A stretch of 61,338 nt of DNA, filler included, from Hausera hauseri (lineage: Eukaryota), in the NCBI GenBank assembly GCA_046269625.1. It is 9 parts of 9 records of this genome, joined end to end, with 100 filler letters (N's around TTAATTAATTAA, not from the genome) between each part and the next. Parts side by side here need not be neighbours in the genome. Positions count along the whole stretch, not along the records: positions 8,465 to 16,135 come from JBJURY010001459.1; positions 16,236 to 25,484 come from JBJURY010418809.1; 7 more parts are not named here. The stretch is one strand, 5' to 3'. The position numbers and the translations under genes were made by a program. Positions 13,474-25,260 of the stretch are shown in pieces; position 1 is the first letter of the stretch, and each line of letters opens with the position of its first letter. The notes under the pieces were generated by a model, which worked only from the letters and a program-made list of their open reading frames with translations, was not told the DNA's origin and did not search any database.

Positions 13474-13680
13474 ACTAATAATTTCGCATCGAATTCCTGC
13501 ATGGCAAATGGCGTACCGACCGTGTTGAATGTTTTGACAACAGAAAGTTGTTTAGTACGATATTTATAATGGAATACGTAAATACATCAATGCACATGCT
13601 CCTGTTCTACATCTGTAACGTACGCTGTACCGACAATGTAGACCGGTATCATTTTCGCCACATCTACACGTGTTCCGTGT
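13474..13680 (-). pseudogene. DDB1: DDB1-like beta-propeller fragment
   Basis: YIVGTAYVTDVEQEHVH*CIYVFHY...[25 protein letters not shown] matches DDB1 YFIVGTA...GRIVVF...KLQTV...GAVYSMVEFNGKLL (recalled sequence). Confidence 0.7.
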
Positions 13681-13689
13681 AGATCGGGT

Positions 13690-13950
13690 ATGACAAAATT
13701 GGGGAAATAAAGTTTACGGCATTGTTGAATAATTTCCCCGAAATATTCGTGATATGGGACGTCGTAACACTCATGGCAATAGACTTCACCACGTTCGAGG
13801 AAAACGCTTATTGCATGGCTTTTCTCTGTTGACCGCTCGTGAATGTGCCCGTTGGTGAAAACCGGAAAAAATGCAATGAGCGCACGCAATGGAGAATTCG
13901 TAATAGGCATCTCGAACGACTTTAAATATTTGCGCAACTTCAACGGGACG
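13690..13950 (-). pseudogene. USP22: USP22/Nonstop-like zf-UBP fragment
   Basis: ACAHCIFSG/FTNGHIHE...HAISVFLERGEVYCHECYD matches the USP22 pattern SCLYCVFFGCFTKKHIHEH...IYCFLCQD. One frameshift. Confidence 0.7.
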
Positions 13951-14076
13951 ATTATTTACCGATAAAAAGCAAACGTCTTTATAATCAGAACAAACCATAC
14001 CGAATTTTTTATCGACTAACGCCGGAACCAATGCAATTACATTTATTTTATTTCTACCGTCTGGCGTTTCCGAAAA

Positions 14077-15237
14077 CTAGAGCTTTTCCGATTGTCTAAT
14101 TTTAGTTATTCCATTTATTGAAGAAATTCGATCAATTGAATTTTCGTCCCACCTATAATTAAATATCACCGAACTGTCGTTTGTCAATTTGATATGAAAT
14201 GAATCTCGCGATAAATACAATCGCTGGAATACTAAATAAATTGGGATACAAAAATCCAACTTTGATACATCGTTGCAAAATACCAAATCAATGAGATTCA
14301 TATCGGGAATTTTCAGTAGATCTGGATTAAATCCCGACAGTTTTTGAACGATTTGATTGTACGTTTGTGTACAAGCATCAACGGTAAATTGGTTACCTTT
14401 TTCTGTTAACATAGTTGCTTGCGCGTATGATTCGTCGTTGTGAATTAGCGATTATTCTTCAGTCAAAACGTTTATTTCCTCGACAAATTTAGTCATTATT
14501 CCAGAGATGTTAATTGTGTCATTCATTTTGTTATTTTCACCTTCCGTTGTTTCCTCGATAATCTCCGTTAATAAATTTGTAGATTTATTGTCCAAGTTAG
14601 ATCCAATTTCGAAAGATTTGCTGGAGTCCATCTGTTCGAAATCATTTTTAATATTTTGGTACAAACGTGTTCTATAATTGTCTTCTGTGGCAGCTAAAAA
14701 TTGATTTGTCAACATCAAAGTGATTAATATTGCATTTTCTAACTTCATCAATTGATTTTCGTTCGAATTAAATGATTCGAGAAAGCTGTTGACTTTTTGA
14801 ATGGTATTGACGAGTGAATGATTTAAGGAGACATTTTCCGGTTTATTGTTAACATTAGAAAAATTTAAATCGGAATCAGATTCATTATTGAAATCAGGTG
14901 ATAAAAAGAAATTGTCTGTATTTGTTTCTTTGATCACAACTATGGAGATGGTAGAATTGTTTCTTTCAGCCTTCTTAAAAGAATCAGTTGTTAATTTTAA
15001 TTTTGATGTTTTACTAGATGAGTTGACATTACCAAAGGAAGAGTCTTCTTCAAATGGAGGAGTAATTAAAGATTCTTGTACTTCAGATAACGTAGTCAAA
15101 CATTTTATCATCGTACGTATTACATCATCCCAGTTGGTGTCCCGACAAGCGTTGGTGGATATTTGTGAACATGCATCATCATTAGTACTATGTGATAAAG
15201 GTAATTGTATTTCTTCGGGATAAGAACTGTTTACGTT
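14077..15237 (-). pseudogene. Unidentified host-gene fragment(s), N/S-rich
   Basis: ORFs 14452-15294 and 14077-14412 are in one frame, separated by a single stop. The 5' end is cut by the Polinton-like terminus at 15238. Confidence 0.45.
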
Positions 15238-15394
15238 AGTAGTAGGAAGTGAGGACATGACGCCATTACCCCCCGGGGAAGGAAAAATAGCCAATCAGCG
15301 TTGGACACGTCATCGGGGTAAGGGAAACTGGCCAATCAGAATAGAGTGTGTGTGTGCGGGTAAGGAAATTGACCAATGAGAATAGAGGAAAGAG

Positions 15395-15517
15395 TTGGCG
15401 TGATCGTGGTTTCACTATTCCCACCCCTGAACAAAGGCATATTGGCGTGATCGTGGTTTCACTATTCCCACCCCTGAACAAAGCCATTGGCGTGATCGTG
15501 GTTTCACTATTCCCACC
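15395..15517. repeat. Tandem repeat, 45-47 bp unit x about 2.7 (TTGGCGTGATCGTGGTTTCACTATTCCCACC...)
   Basis: Units start at 15395, 15442 and 15487. Followed by TTGTCACTT repeats at about 15557-15616. Confidence 0.95.
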
Positions 15518-15701
15518 ACCTTTTGTTTTAATTTTGCAAAGTTGATATAAATACTTATGTCACTTTTGTCACTTTGTTAAATTGTCACTTTTGTCACTTA
15601 GTTAAATTGTCACTTGTGCAATTGTTTGAAATGGTATTTTTTTGTTCACATGAAATATCAATATATTTTAGAAAATTGATGTAGAAGCTGAAATAAAGCG
15701 A

Positions 15702-15929
15702 TTGGCAGATGAAATATGTAGTGGTAAAATAGACAGTGTCAGATTTATTAATGAACTGGACCGACAATGTTTATTGTCAAAAGAAGAATATGTGCAACTT
15801 ATTGTGCGATCAATTCTATTGACAAACATTAAAGAGGAATTTCGGAGAAGACAGAGACATGTTTTACTTGTATGTAGTATACTTACTGGCGCTGTTGTTA
15901 TATTTTTATCACGTTTTGTTCGTAAATAA
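15702..15929 (+). CDS. Small ORF with C-terminal transmembrane helix (element-encoded, unknown)
   Basis: RRRQRHVLLVCSILTGAVVIFLSRFVRK, followed by AATAAA. Convergent with polB. True start may lie upstream. Confidence 0.4.
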   Translation: MADEICSGKIDSVRFINELDRQCLLSKEEYVQLIVRSILLTNIKEEFRRRQRHVLLVCSILTGAVVIFLSRFVRK

Positions 15930-16016
15930 ATGTTTATTGAAACCTTATTAATAAAACCAAGACAGTAATGAAGATTTATTAAACATATGTACAACAATAA
16001 TTAAGTACAACAATAA

Positions 16017-16135
16017 TTAAGTACAATAGTGTCCATATGCGACACTTTTGTTTTTACCAATCCAGTGTCGTTTGTCGTCAAACGGATCCAAAGCTTTCTT
16101 TTTCGACTGGATTGTCATAATCTGATGATTTTTAC
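16017..16135 (-). CDS. polB: Protein-primed family B DNA polymerase, C-terminal end
   Basis: KNHQIMTIQSKKKALDPFDDKRHWIGKNKSVAYGHYCT* is the conserved pPolB C-terminus (cf. ILDWFDEKRHIL...LPYGH at 32.2 kb). Confidence 0.8.
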
Positions 16136-17399
16136 NNNNNNNNNNNNNNNNNNNNNNNNNNNNNNNNNNNNNNNNNNNNTTAATTAATTAANNNNNNNNN
16201 NNNNNNNNNNNNNNNNNNNNNNNNNNNNNNNNNNNTGCGTGCTTGAAAATGTAAAATAGGTGGGGAAATATAAAAAAGAATGTATTGTGACTGTTATAAA
16301 TAAACAGCCCGGGTCGACATTCAGGGAACCGGAGACGAGAGCAGCCGTTGTCACTTATTCTATACTGGTATTGATTACATTCGTCTATTTAATAAGCTTG
16401 TGTCTAGGTTTGATCGACTGTTTACGAAGTCTAACCTCGAGTAGAAAGACGAAAAGAGAGTCAACATACAAACGAAACTATCAAGACTAAGAAATTTAGG
16501 ATTCTCCATTCCAGTAAACGACGGCAAGAGAAAAAAACAAGTAAATGGTAAAGTAGATGGTTGCATACGTACTCAGATTCGGTTGCTATAAAGGCAGGAA
16601 TCAGAGTAATTATTCAAGATAACAGCAAACTGCAAATGTAGGCAGAATCCGATTGAAAACTACTTAGAAATTGAAGATTCAGTGTACCAAGATTCGGGTT
16701 CGCTTCTTTTTAATATTCACAATCTCAGTTGTCAAATTCATTATTATTCTATTATCCTAGTAATGTTCTATCCGATTGGAATCAAGACAATCAAACATAC
16801 TAGTACATGTGTACATTGTATATATGACTGTGTCAGATGGATAAATTGCATAAAACCTTGTTCAACAGCAGTACGGTACTGTTCTTTATTAGCCTAAAGA
16901 ACGTGTCGTGGTGTCTTTGTAGTATAATGTAGCTAACGCATAGAATTTCGTGGTGCTTTGAATTACGGGACAATTATTAACATGGGATCAGAGTAGACAA
17001 GTCAAAATTGATACAAATAAAATAAATCAAATCCATATTGACGTATATAGACATATTCTGTCTATATGGTAATATAATATGGGAAATATAATTGATGAGT
17101 TGTATTAATTGAAAATATGAAATTTAAACAAAATATCTACAAAGTCCTGATATGGACAATTTCAAATCGACAGAATTCTAAGGAAAATCAGAAGTGTTTT
17201 AAAAAAATCTACATGTATATAGACACAGAAAGGCGTGGAGATCACTCATACGGCTTCTCTCCGAGAAAGGTGGAGAAACCAAGTCAGGAGAAATGAAGAA
17301 ACGTTGAGATGCTTTCTCTGTCCCAATCGACTAGTTTAATTCTAAAATTGTACACTTCCAAACTAAAGGAAATTCATTGTAAAATTCCCACTGGATTGA

Positions 17400-18240
17400 T
17401 ACTAGAATGCATAAAGAAGAAATCTTTGTATAAACAAAGAAGGACGACATTTTCCAACGATGTTAAAAATTGTACAAGTAAAGGTATTAAGATAAACTTT
17501 AGGCGAGAAAACAAGGAAGTAAAGGTAATAAAAAGTGATAAATTTATAATCTGTCTTGATCTTGTAATTATTTATGAATTTCTATTCCAGTTATTATATA
17601 AAGGTGGGATAAGAGGTGGAGTTAGACACAAATGCTCTACTACAGTGAGAGAAGAGAGAAATAACAAGAAAATCGAAATTAAAGGAACGAACGAATACAG
17701 GAGAGATTCGAATAAAAAGAGCGTTGATGATAAGTCATTTCTATTAATTGATGGAAACGAGAATGACATTGAAGTTGTGATATTTGTAGAAAGATGGTGG
17801 TTCATGAAAAGTACCTTAAATAATATTGTTGTTGGTTATTTGTTGTTTTTCATTTCTGTGATGGCTGGTTTGAACGGTAAAGATGTTAGTGTGTCTGATA
17901 ACATTAACATGGTTGCAATAAGATACAAAATTAAAGGTGGAGAAATTCCCCCGCGGAGGAGCACCGCGATAACAATGGCTGAGTTTGATTGGAAAATTAT
18001 ATATGTTTTTTTCATATAAATATACATTGAGTAAAGGAATTTGGGGACTCGAAAAGTTCGTTGAATTGGGCTTTAGGGTATTTGGGAAGGGTTTAGAAAA
18101 ACATTGACACAGGGAAATCGTAAATGAAACGTCGGAAGTTGATAAGAACAATAATTTGACGGAAAGGAAAATTTGTCTAATAGAAGAGATGTTTAGATTT
18201 GAGATATGTTATACGATTGTTGATTCAGGCTGTTTGAAGT
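17400..18240 (-). pseudogene. Probable further retroelement Ubl-leader region (…NSAIVIAVLLRGG)
   Basis: QIFLSV..SFTISL..IPLLNVYLY [frameshift] IIFQSNSAIVIAVLLRGG (GG at 17947-17952). A downstream FKVLF…SFSF…TLFLFESLLYSF segment resembles the FKIYF…AFTL…TLNIIVSPLLHF unit at 20.7 kb. Confidence 0.4.
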
Positions 18241-18323
18241 GTACACTATATAATATCTATATAGAATTATTATACGTACACTATACAACATGTACACTAT
18301 ATAACATCTATATAGAATCATCA
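18241..18323. repeat. Short degenerate direct repeat (GTACACTATATAA.ATCTATATAGAAT x2), possibly the start of an inserted LTR
   Basis: Repeat is directly visible. On the minus strand it begins TGATG exactly where the neighbouring RT is cut (YID|D). Confidence 0.5.
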
Positions 18324-20770
18324 GTCGATATATGGATGCGCGAAAGTGAAACCCGAGAGGATTGACTCAATGAGACGTTGTAAAGTCTGCACATCATTGT
18401 GTAGACCAAAATGCATATAAATGTATTCGTACAGGCCGAAAGGTGTCGCAACAGCAGTTTTCTTGATGTCCTTGGGTGCTACAGGAATTTGATGATATGC
18501 CTTGGCTAAGTCTATGGTTGAATATACTTTGGTGGAATTGAGTCGGTGCAGGATGTCCTTAATTAATGGTAAAGGATATGCATCCATGACAGTTAAAGTG
18601 CTTAGCTGACGGTAATCACCGCATGGTCGGAAGGATCCATCTTTTTTGACAACGTGTAAAGGCGAAGACCACGGCGATTTAGATTTGCGTACAATGCCGG
18701 AGCGTTCAAGGTCTAGAAATTCCGCTTTGACAGGTTGCCTACGACGAGGTGACAATTGACGTACCTTTTGTCAAATAGGTCTTTGGTGTTGCGTTATGAT
18801 ATGATGAAAAGTGCTGTTTGTAGGTGCGAAGGTTCGGTCCTTCTGGATAAAGCGGGGACATGAAGTGTGTATGTATTGCCGTAGACTTGCAGGCAATTGC
18901 AGAAGATTGGGTAGTGGTGATAGTGTTGAGTCAATATGTGCAGTGAAGGGTGATGTTTGTGAGTTATTAAAATCAAATGGAATTTGGTGTAGGATAGTAG
19001 CATTAAAAATAGTGTTTGAAGAAGTAATTTTATCTAATGAATATACCGAACCAACGCAATCATAGTTGTCAGAATCAAATCTCCACTGAATATCGATATT
19101 ATCAGTTAAAAATTTACGAAATGAAAAGTGCTTGTTAATGAAGTTTGGATTACTTACAGGATTTTTGAGTATAGTCTTCCGTTGGAAAATCGTTTGTGTC
19201 TTAGCGGCGATACTATTTATTCGTTTGAAAGAAATTTTCGAGCGTGGAATCCAAATTTCGCATGATAGATGCAAACGATCTTGTCTGAATGTAAATTTTG
19301 AGTGTAATATCTGCAACCTAAACATCATTGATTAGCATTATTGTGAAATTTGCTATTATAGTAGCACACAAAGATCGTATAGGCGATGGTGACCTGTTTC
19401 TGGAAACAGAACGAGTATGATTATGAATAGGAACACTTCGTCGTGGTAATGATAAATCGTTCAACCTATCATTAATGTTATTTATTGTCTGTTGTAGTGC
19501 TAAATTTTCAGCGCGTAATTGGCTCAACTGTTGCTCTATTGTTGTGTTGAGTTGATTGTCGCTTGTTGTGACCGCTGTTGATACAATTAGTTTGGATTCA
19601 ATTTAGCACTTCATGTGTTTTATCAGCCAATTCCGCCAATTTATCCAACGCCGTAGATTTCTCAACAACGGTAAGAAGTGCCCTAATTTGTATAGGCAAC
19701 GCGTTTAAGAAATATCGTAGCAGAAGGTCTGAATTATGCTGTAAGGTTACACCTAGCGTTTGTAGGTGAGCCAACGACGTACACAGGAACTCAGAAGTTT
19801 TTTGTTTTTCCATGACGTTATCATTAAAGAATCTATGGATTATTGAATCCATAGACGGCTCGGTAAGTTTTAAGATTGCGTTATAGAGATGTGTGTACGG
19901 GTGGAATTGTTCAAAACTGTCTAAAATGTCGTGAAGAGAAGCTTTACTGTGTTTGGTAAGAGGCAAAGTAAACTATGAGCTTTTGCTGAGGAATCTGTAA
20001 TGTTGTTAGACTGCAGTCAAAGTTTGTAAATGCTGAGCCAAGTTTTGCTGGATTTTTCATGATCGATAAAATACTCCGTGACTGAAAAAGAGAGTGTTTG
20101 GCTGGCGGGATGGAATATGTATACCTGGTGAAAATAGATGGCGTGGTGACGGTCGAAGATTTTTGATTAAAAGCAAAATGTGATGTTTTAGAGGTAGTTT
20201 TATCAGTGGTATCAATAGTCGGTGAAGAGTCCATTCCGCCACGTATGCCCAAGTATACATGGATGACGATGTGTGGTATTGCAGGAGAAAAAATAGCGAA
20301 CATTGGCATTAACGAGTGGTATATTATTAAGAGTTAAATAAAAATCTGAAAAGGCAGTAAAATCTTGTACGTATGTGTGTAAGTACAGTGTGTATATATG
20401 GAATATTATCTTGTGCGTCAGTATTTGCCAGTTATTTATTAAAAAGGAAAATGAGAGGGTTGCCACAGGTCCAAATGCGTGGTATGGTGGAGAAACAAAC
20501 CATGGTGCGAGATCCACTGGCATTGGGCGTACAGGTGGGTAGTCTGTCACGCTGTGATGTGTGCGGAGCTCAAGACTATTGTTGCACGTAAATAAATAAA
20601 AGTCTGAAGAATCGGCGTAAATGAGCTGTAAATTACCACCACATCTTAGAGCGAAGTGTAAAAGGGGTGATACTATGATGTTAAGGGTGTCAACGGCGGA
20701 CATGTTGAGAGTAAAAGCATAAGAAAAAAGGGAAAATGGAATGGTTAATAAGAAATATATTTTAAAAAAT
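18324..20770 (-). mobile_element. Decayed CsRn1-like Gypsy copy: Ubl leader-gag-(PR deleted)-RT N-half
   Basis: gag (LLRYFLNALPIQIRALL), RT (SPWSSPLHVVKKDGSFRPCGDYRQL…AHPYID). The protease region is missing near 19230-19260. Confidence 0.92.
20235..20770 (-). pseudogene. Tandem ubiquitin-like domains N-terminal to Gag (copy 2; intact IRGG|M)
   Basis: FTLNMSAVDTLNII…NLQLIYA…SDFYLFTCNNSLELR, linker, then SFSFLIN…SDFYLTLNNIPL [1 frameshift] HIVIHVYLGIRGG-MDSSPT. GG at 20235-20240. Confidence 0.7.
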
Positions 20771-20984
20771 GATTGCCTGACAAATAGAAAGCAATGACAA
20801 ATCCCACCTCATTGTACACAGGATTCTCCACGGTTGGTAGTATTGTTTTGCACTGTGGGCATATCAAATCGACTTTCTCACGTCGTGTCGTCTTACCAGC
20901 CAAGGGCTCTTTGAACAAACCCACCCGTTCGTTATATGTTGTCTGTTTTCCAACGAATCTCGTCTGTTTGGTGCCTTTTTACAG

Positions 20985-21733
20985 ACGTCTGTAATCGATC
21001 ATTTTGTTATTAAACCATTGAACACGCGCCAATCCCTTAACTGCTTCCCCTGTGACAATACCAACACTATTTGGGCTATCTTGATCGCCATATTTCCAAT
21101 CTCTACCTCGCAGTATCAGTGTACCTTTTTTCAGTTGTGATGCAGAAGCAAATTCATCAACGCTTCCATCATCTACAGAATCACAATGAGTTGAAATTGA
21201 GTCTAACTCTGCAGAATAAGACAAAAGCAAATGATAATTATTTTTCTTTTCGTACCAAACCGAAATCAAGCCGCATTCCGATTCGTTGTACTGTTTCATC
21301 ATTGTCTGAATCAATCCGAGTACTCTATTGGAAATGATGTAGTTCCACAATTCTTTCGACCACATAGCACTTTGTAACAACACGTATAACATTGTAAAAT
21401 TCATTTGGGCATTGTACAAATGACCAATTCCCACGGAATTTAAATTCTCCACAATACCACTCATGTAATGAATGCTTTCGAAATCTCTTCATTATTAAGT
21501 AAATTTGTTCGTAGAATCTGATTTACGTATTGAATTAAAACCTTTTCCGTTTGCAATAAACAATGCTTTGTATGTTGGCTGACGAAATTTGGCATGGAAC
21601 TATTGAGTTGACTGAGAACACTAGACCGAGAGACGTTACTAAATTTCATTGAAATTTGATGTTGTAAACTATGGAAAACGCTGGATCCACTATTACCACC
21701 TGTTTCTATATTATAAAACGATATTTCCCCCAA
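20985..21733 (-). pseudogene. MIB-HERC2 domain-containing E3 ligase fragment (HERC2-like)
   Basis: LKKGTLILRGRDWKYGDQDSPNSVGIVTGE..KGLARVQWFNNKMIDYR fits the MIB-HERC2 consensus RG.DW.WGDQD…VQW…YR. Confidence 0.8.
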
Positions 21734-21799
21734 CGACTAGACGCCATTCCATTATTTTCACTTTCCGCATATTACCTCCACGTTTTACAACAAACTTGT

Positions 21800-24700
21800 T
21801 CGATATTTAGATAAATGGCTGGTAAGTTGTCTGATAATGGAGTTTTAAATTAATCTTCCAGGATATGTTTCTTCAATTCGCATAATTCATTCCAGACCTT
21901 CATGGCTAATAGTCGTATTTTCTCCTTCCTAGGATCACTTTCTGAAACAATTGACGGAAGATTGGATGCATATCAAGTTGAACTACCATCAAAGTTGATT
22001 CCAGAAATATTTTGCATTAAAAGTTGCATTAGACACAAAAAATTCAATGTCAGAATTTGATGTATTGTATAGTTATTTGAATCAATTTTCGATAAACTCT
22101 GTAAAGTATTTACAAAACGGTATTTCTGAGGAATATGGAAAGAACTTTTATACAGTAAAGTATACATCTATGAAAAGATCTATATAACGAATCTAAACAT
22201 ATCTGACGTTTCTTTCCTTGATCAATGAGTTGAATTATGAAAGATAAAATATTATTCGGATCATCAGTATACCCGTCCTGTCAATTGAATGTTATTGAAC
22301 GGATGCTATTTTGTAAATCGATAATGGAATCGTGATTGTTGTCCAATGATTCTGTTAAATGGTCGATTTGTTAAATTTTCTGTAATATGGACAGTTTGCA
22401 TCTGGTTATTTGTTGTAATTTCAGTTCGATTTCGTTCATTTTCTCGTTCGTTATCGAATATTCGTTCTGTGCGATAATCCGTTACCGTACGGTCGTTGTT
22501 GAGTCGATTCAAACAATTGCAAATTGCTATTGCTCGTTTCTACATCGTACGTAGTCGAATATGGAGACAACCGCTGTTGGGATTGAATTAATCAATGACA
22601 ATTGCTCCTCCAATTGATTGTCTATTGATTCCCAATCATTTCGATCCAGATATTCGATATTATCCAATCCGAACTTTACTGAATCCGATGCATCCTTTAA
22701 AAAGTCCTGAATTTGTACCCGTGATAAACTGGACCGAAGTGCGGCGATTTTATCCATGGATAATTTCGATTTGATTAACCACAATTCCGGATGATGGCAA
22801 TCGATTTTTTCAGCGATTTTGATTGTATCTTCAATTTCGAAGTTGTAATTAGCAGATGATTTCAAATGCCAATTGGCGATGAACAAACAGCCGGTAAGTT
22901 TCAGTTTGGTGATTTCTTCATCGGAAATGTTTCGTGTCGAAATCGAGAACGAGAATTGTTGGCGAATGATGGGAATTTCAATTGGAAACCGAATGTATGT
23001 CGGGATAAATTGGTAATGGGAAGATTTTTGAAGAGACTGTTCTTATCCGATGGACTGATAACAGACAAATAGTATTTCACAGATTGTGTACCAAATGATT
23101 CGCTGCCATCCGATACGAATGCCGAATATTCTTGAGGCCATTTCGCAATGATCAATCGAACGTTTTCCGTCATGTTTTGGGACGGATCTTGCAAAACTTC
23201 CAGGCCTTTAGAATATCTCAACAAACCGCTTTGTGTATTTTTCTTATTGTTAAACAGGAAATCACAAATTGCCAATCAGAGTTTATTGAAACAGTAGAAA
23301 AACGAAACGTTAACAACGCCAATCGGTACGATAACGTTCGATTTCTCCGCGAATAACTTCTGATAAGTCAACAGACAACCGAACAAAAACGACCGAACGT
23401 CGACTTTCGTAATGTTTTCCGGGGATTTCTTTTGAACCGTCGTAACAGGCAGTTTGATGAATAATTTATTCAGAATTAAACATATATTTCTGCCGATATT
23501 GATAAATTGTTGGTCATTGACCCGGTTAATCCACTGATTTGCCAGATGGTCGTTTGTAAATCCGGCTGTGATTTGTCGAAATAAAATAAATCCAATTCCA
23601 TTAGACGTTCAATATCGTAATTCGGTTTCTTCAAATCGAACAATTGAACGAGATTTGAGAAATTCGATAGTTCAGCACCGACGACAATTCGAGGAAGAAC
23701 AGACAACCAATTGCCAACAATTGGTGAAAAATCCGCGTTAAATACCAAATGACTGGCAACGAATCGTCGATAGACCGATTGTTTGGTGATCCATTTCTGA
23801 ACGATATCTGGAAAATTCGTTTGACTGTCTTTACGAAAATTGCAACTTGCCAAGTAGCCTAAATTTAATACCGACGAACTTTCCTGGGAAATGTTTCGAG
23901 AACGAATGATAATTTCATGTGCAATTTGCGTGAGATGAAACGCCAATTGATAACAAAATTCCTGGCAATCGTCTGCGGCATTGCAATGAAGCAACGCTAA
24001 TTCCGATAATTTGTTTACACAATCTTTAATTTCCACTTCGCTAAATTTATTTCGATGGAACAAAACCGCTATTAAAACAATAGAGTAATATTTGGAGAAA
24101 TTTTCATTTTGACTCATAAGGTCGTCTTTAAAAATCTTCAGATAAACTTTTACAGAATCGTATCTATCCAATAAACTAAATTCATCAATAAATGAAATAC
24201 ATTTATCGACTATTCGCGGTAATTTAGAATTCTCTAACGCTCGCAAATATTGTATACGACTGTTGTTATCTTTACTGGCATTCTTTATTTGTCCAAGGTT
24301 ATTTCATCGATCTGGTTCAATTCATTGGAATACATTAATTTATGAAAGTAACTCGTTTCCGATAACAGAACATTTTTGATATAATGAATTTGAATCAGTG
24401 TTTGAGTCTAAATCGGACACCATTGTAATTCCATAGTAATCGTATTAAAATGTATATTAAGCATTGTTTTAGAATAAAAGTGTATTTTTAAAATTCAAAA
24501 ATCAATCAATCCATTATAATAATTACACAAGTCACGTTTTTCCAAAATTGACGCACAGTCAAAACGATTATTCCTCTGAGAAATGGTGATCAAACCGTTT
24601 ATGTAATTTTGTTGATTATTCTGCACCATGAATAAATCTAAATATTTCCATTGGAGTTTCGTGAAAAAGGAAGTTAAATTTCTGTATTTGTAGTTCTCGC

Positions 24701-25260
24701 GCCAACAATCTCCAGTCGTTACCAATGCGGATTGTAGACATTTAGAAGGGTTATAAGTTCTCGTCTGGTTGTAAATGGAATAAAAAATCCTTCTGGAAGT
24801 GGATAAAATCCTGGCTGCTTGACAGTGTCATTTATTTGTTTAAATAACCTGTCAAATAAAATGAAATTATTTTTTGTTATCTGCATGTTTATTTTATCGG
24901 AATAATTTCCGTTCTGATATGCCACCATGTTGAGTGATAAAAAATTTCCGAAAGTGATATTTTATCCAGGAAGAACAAATTCATTAGACCAAGTGAACTG
25001 TGACCTATCCATATTGAGGAAAAACTGACCATTTGAGCTTGACACGATTGTCGTACTTTCCATCCACTGCTGACTTCGTTTATTCTGATTACCAAACTTT
25101 TACCATTGTCATTGAATCGAAAATTTGTAGAATTTACTAAGTTTGCCACCAGTTTTCTGTTCGATAGCGAGTATACTGTTTACTGCTTCTGTTGTATCAG
25201 GAATAACATAAGTTCTAAGTGCCAGTTCATTGACTTCATCACAATCATCATTGGAGAAAA
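21800..25260 (-). pseudogene. Series of disrupted, unidentified host-gene-like fragments
   Basis: Consecutive minus-strand protein-like ORFs (22306-22512, 22527-22886, 22901-23275, 23476-24246, 24495-25149) broken by stops and frameshifts. Confidence 0.45.

Larger units (their letters stand above)
15238..16135. mobile_element. Polinton/Maverick-like element terminus
   Basis: Begins AGTAGTAG (typical Polinton end), followed by CCAAT/TGACG-rich repeats, 45-47 bp tandem repeats, a small ORF and the C-terminus of a protein-primed PolB. Confidence 0.7.

Noticed and set aside
15395-15517. Direct repeats as a CRISPR array
   Set aside because: No unique spacers, eukaryotic context and no cas genes.
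17309-18019. 236-aa plus-strand ORF
   Set aside because: No recognisable motifs; likely the antisense shadow of a pyrimidine-rich minus-strand region.
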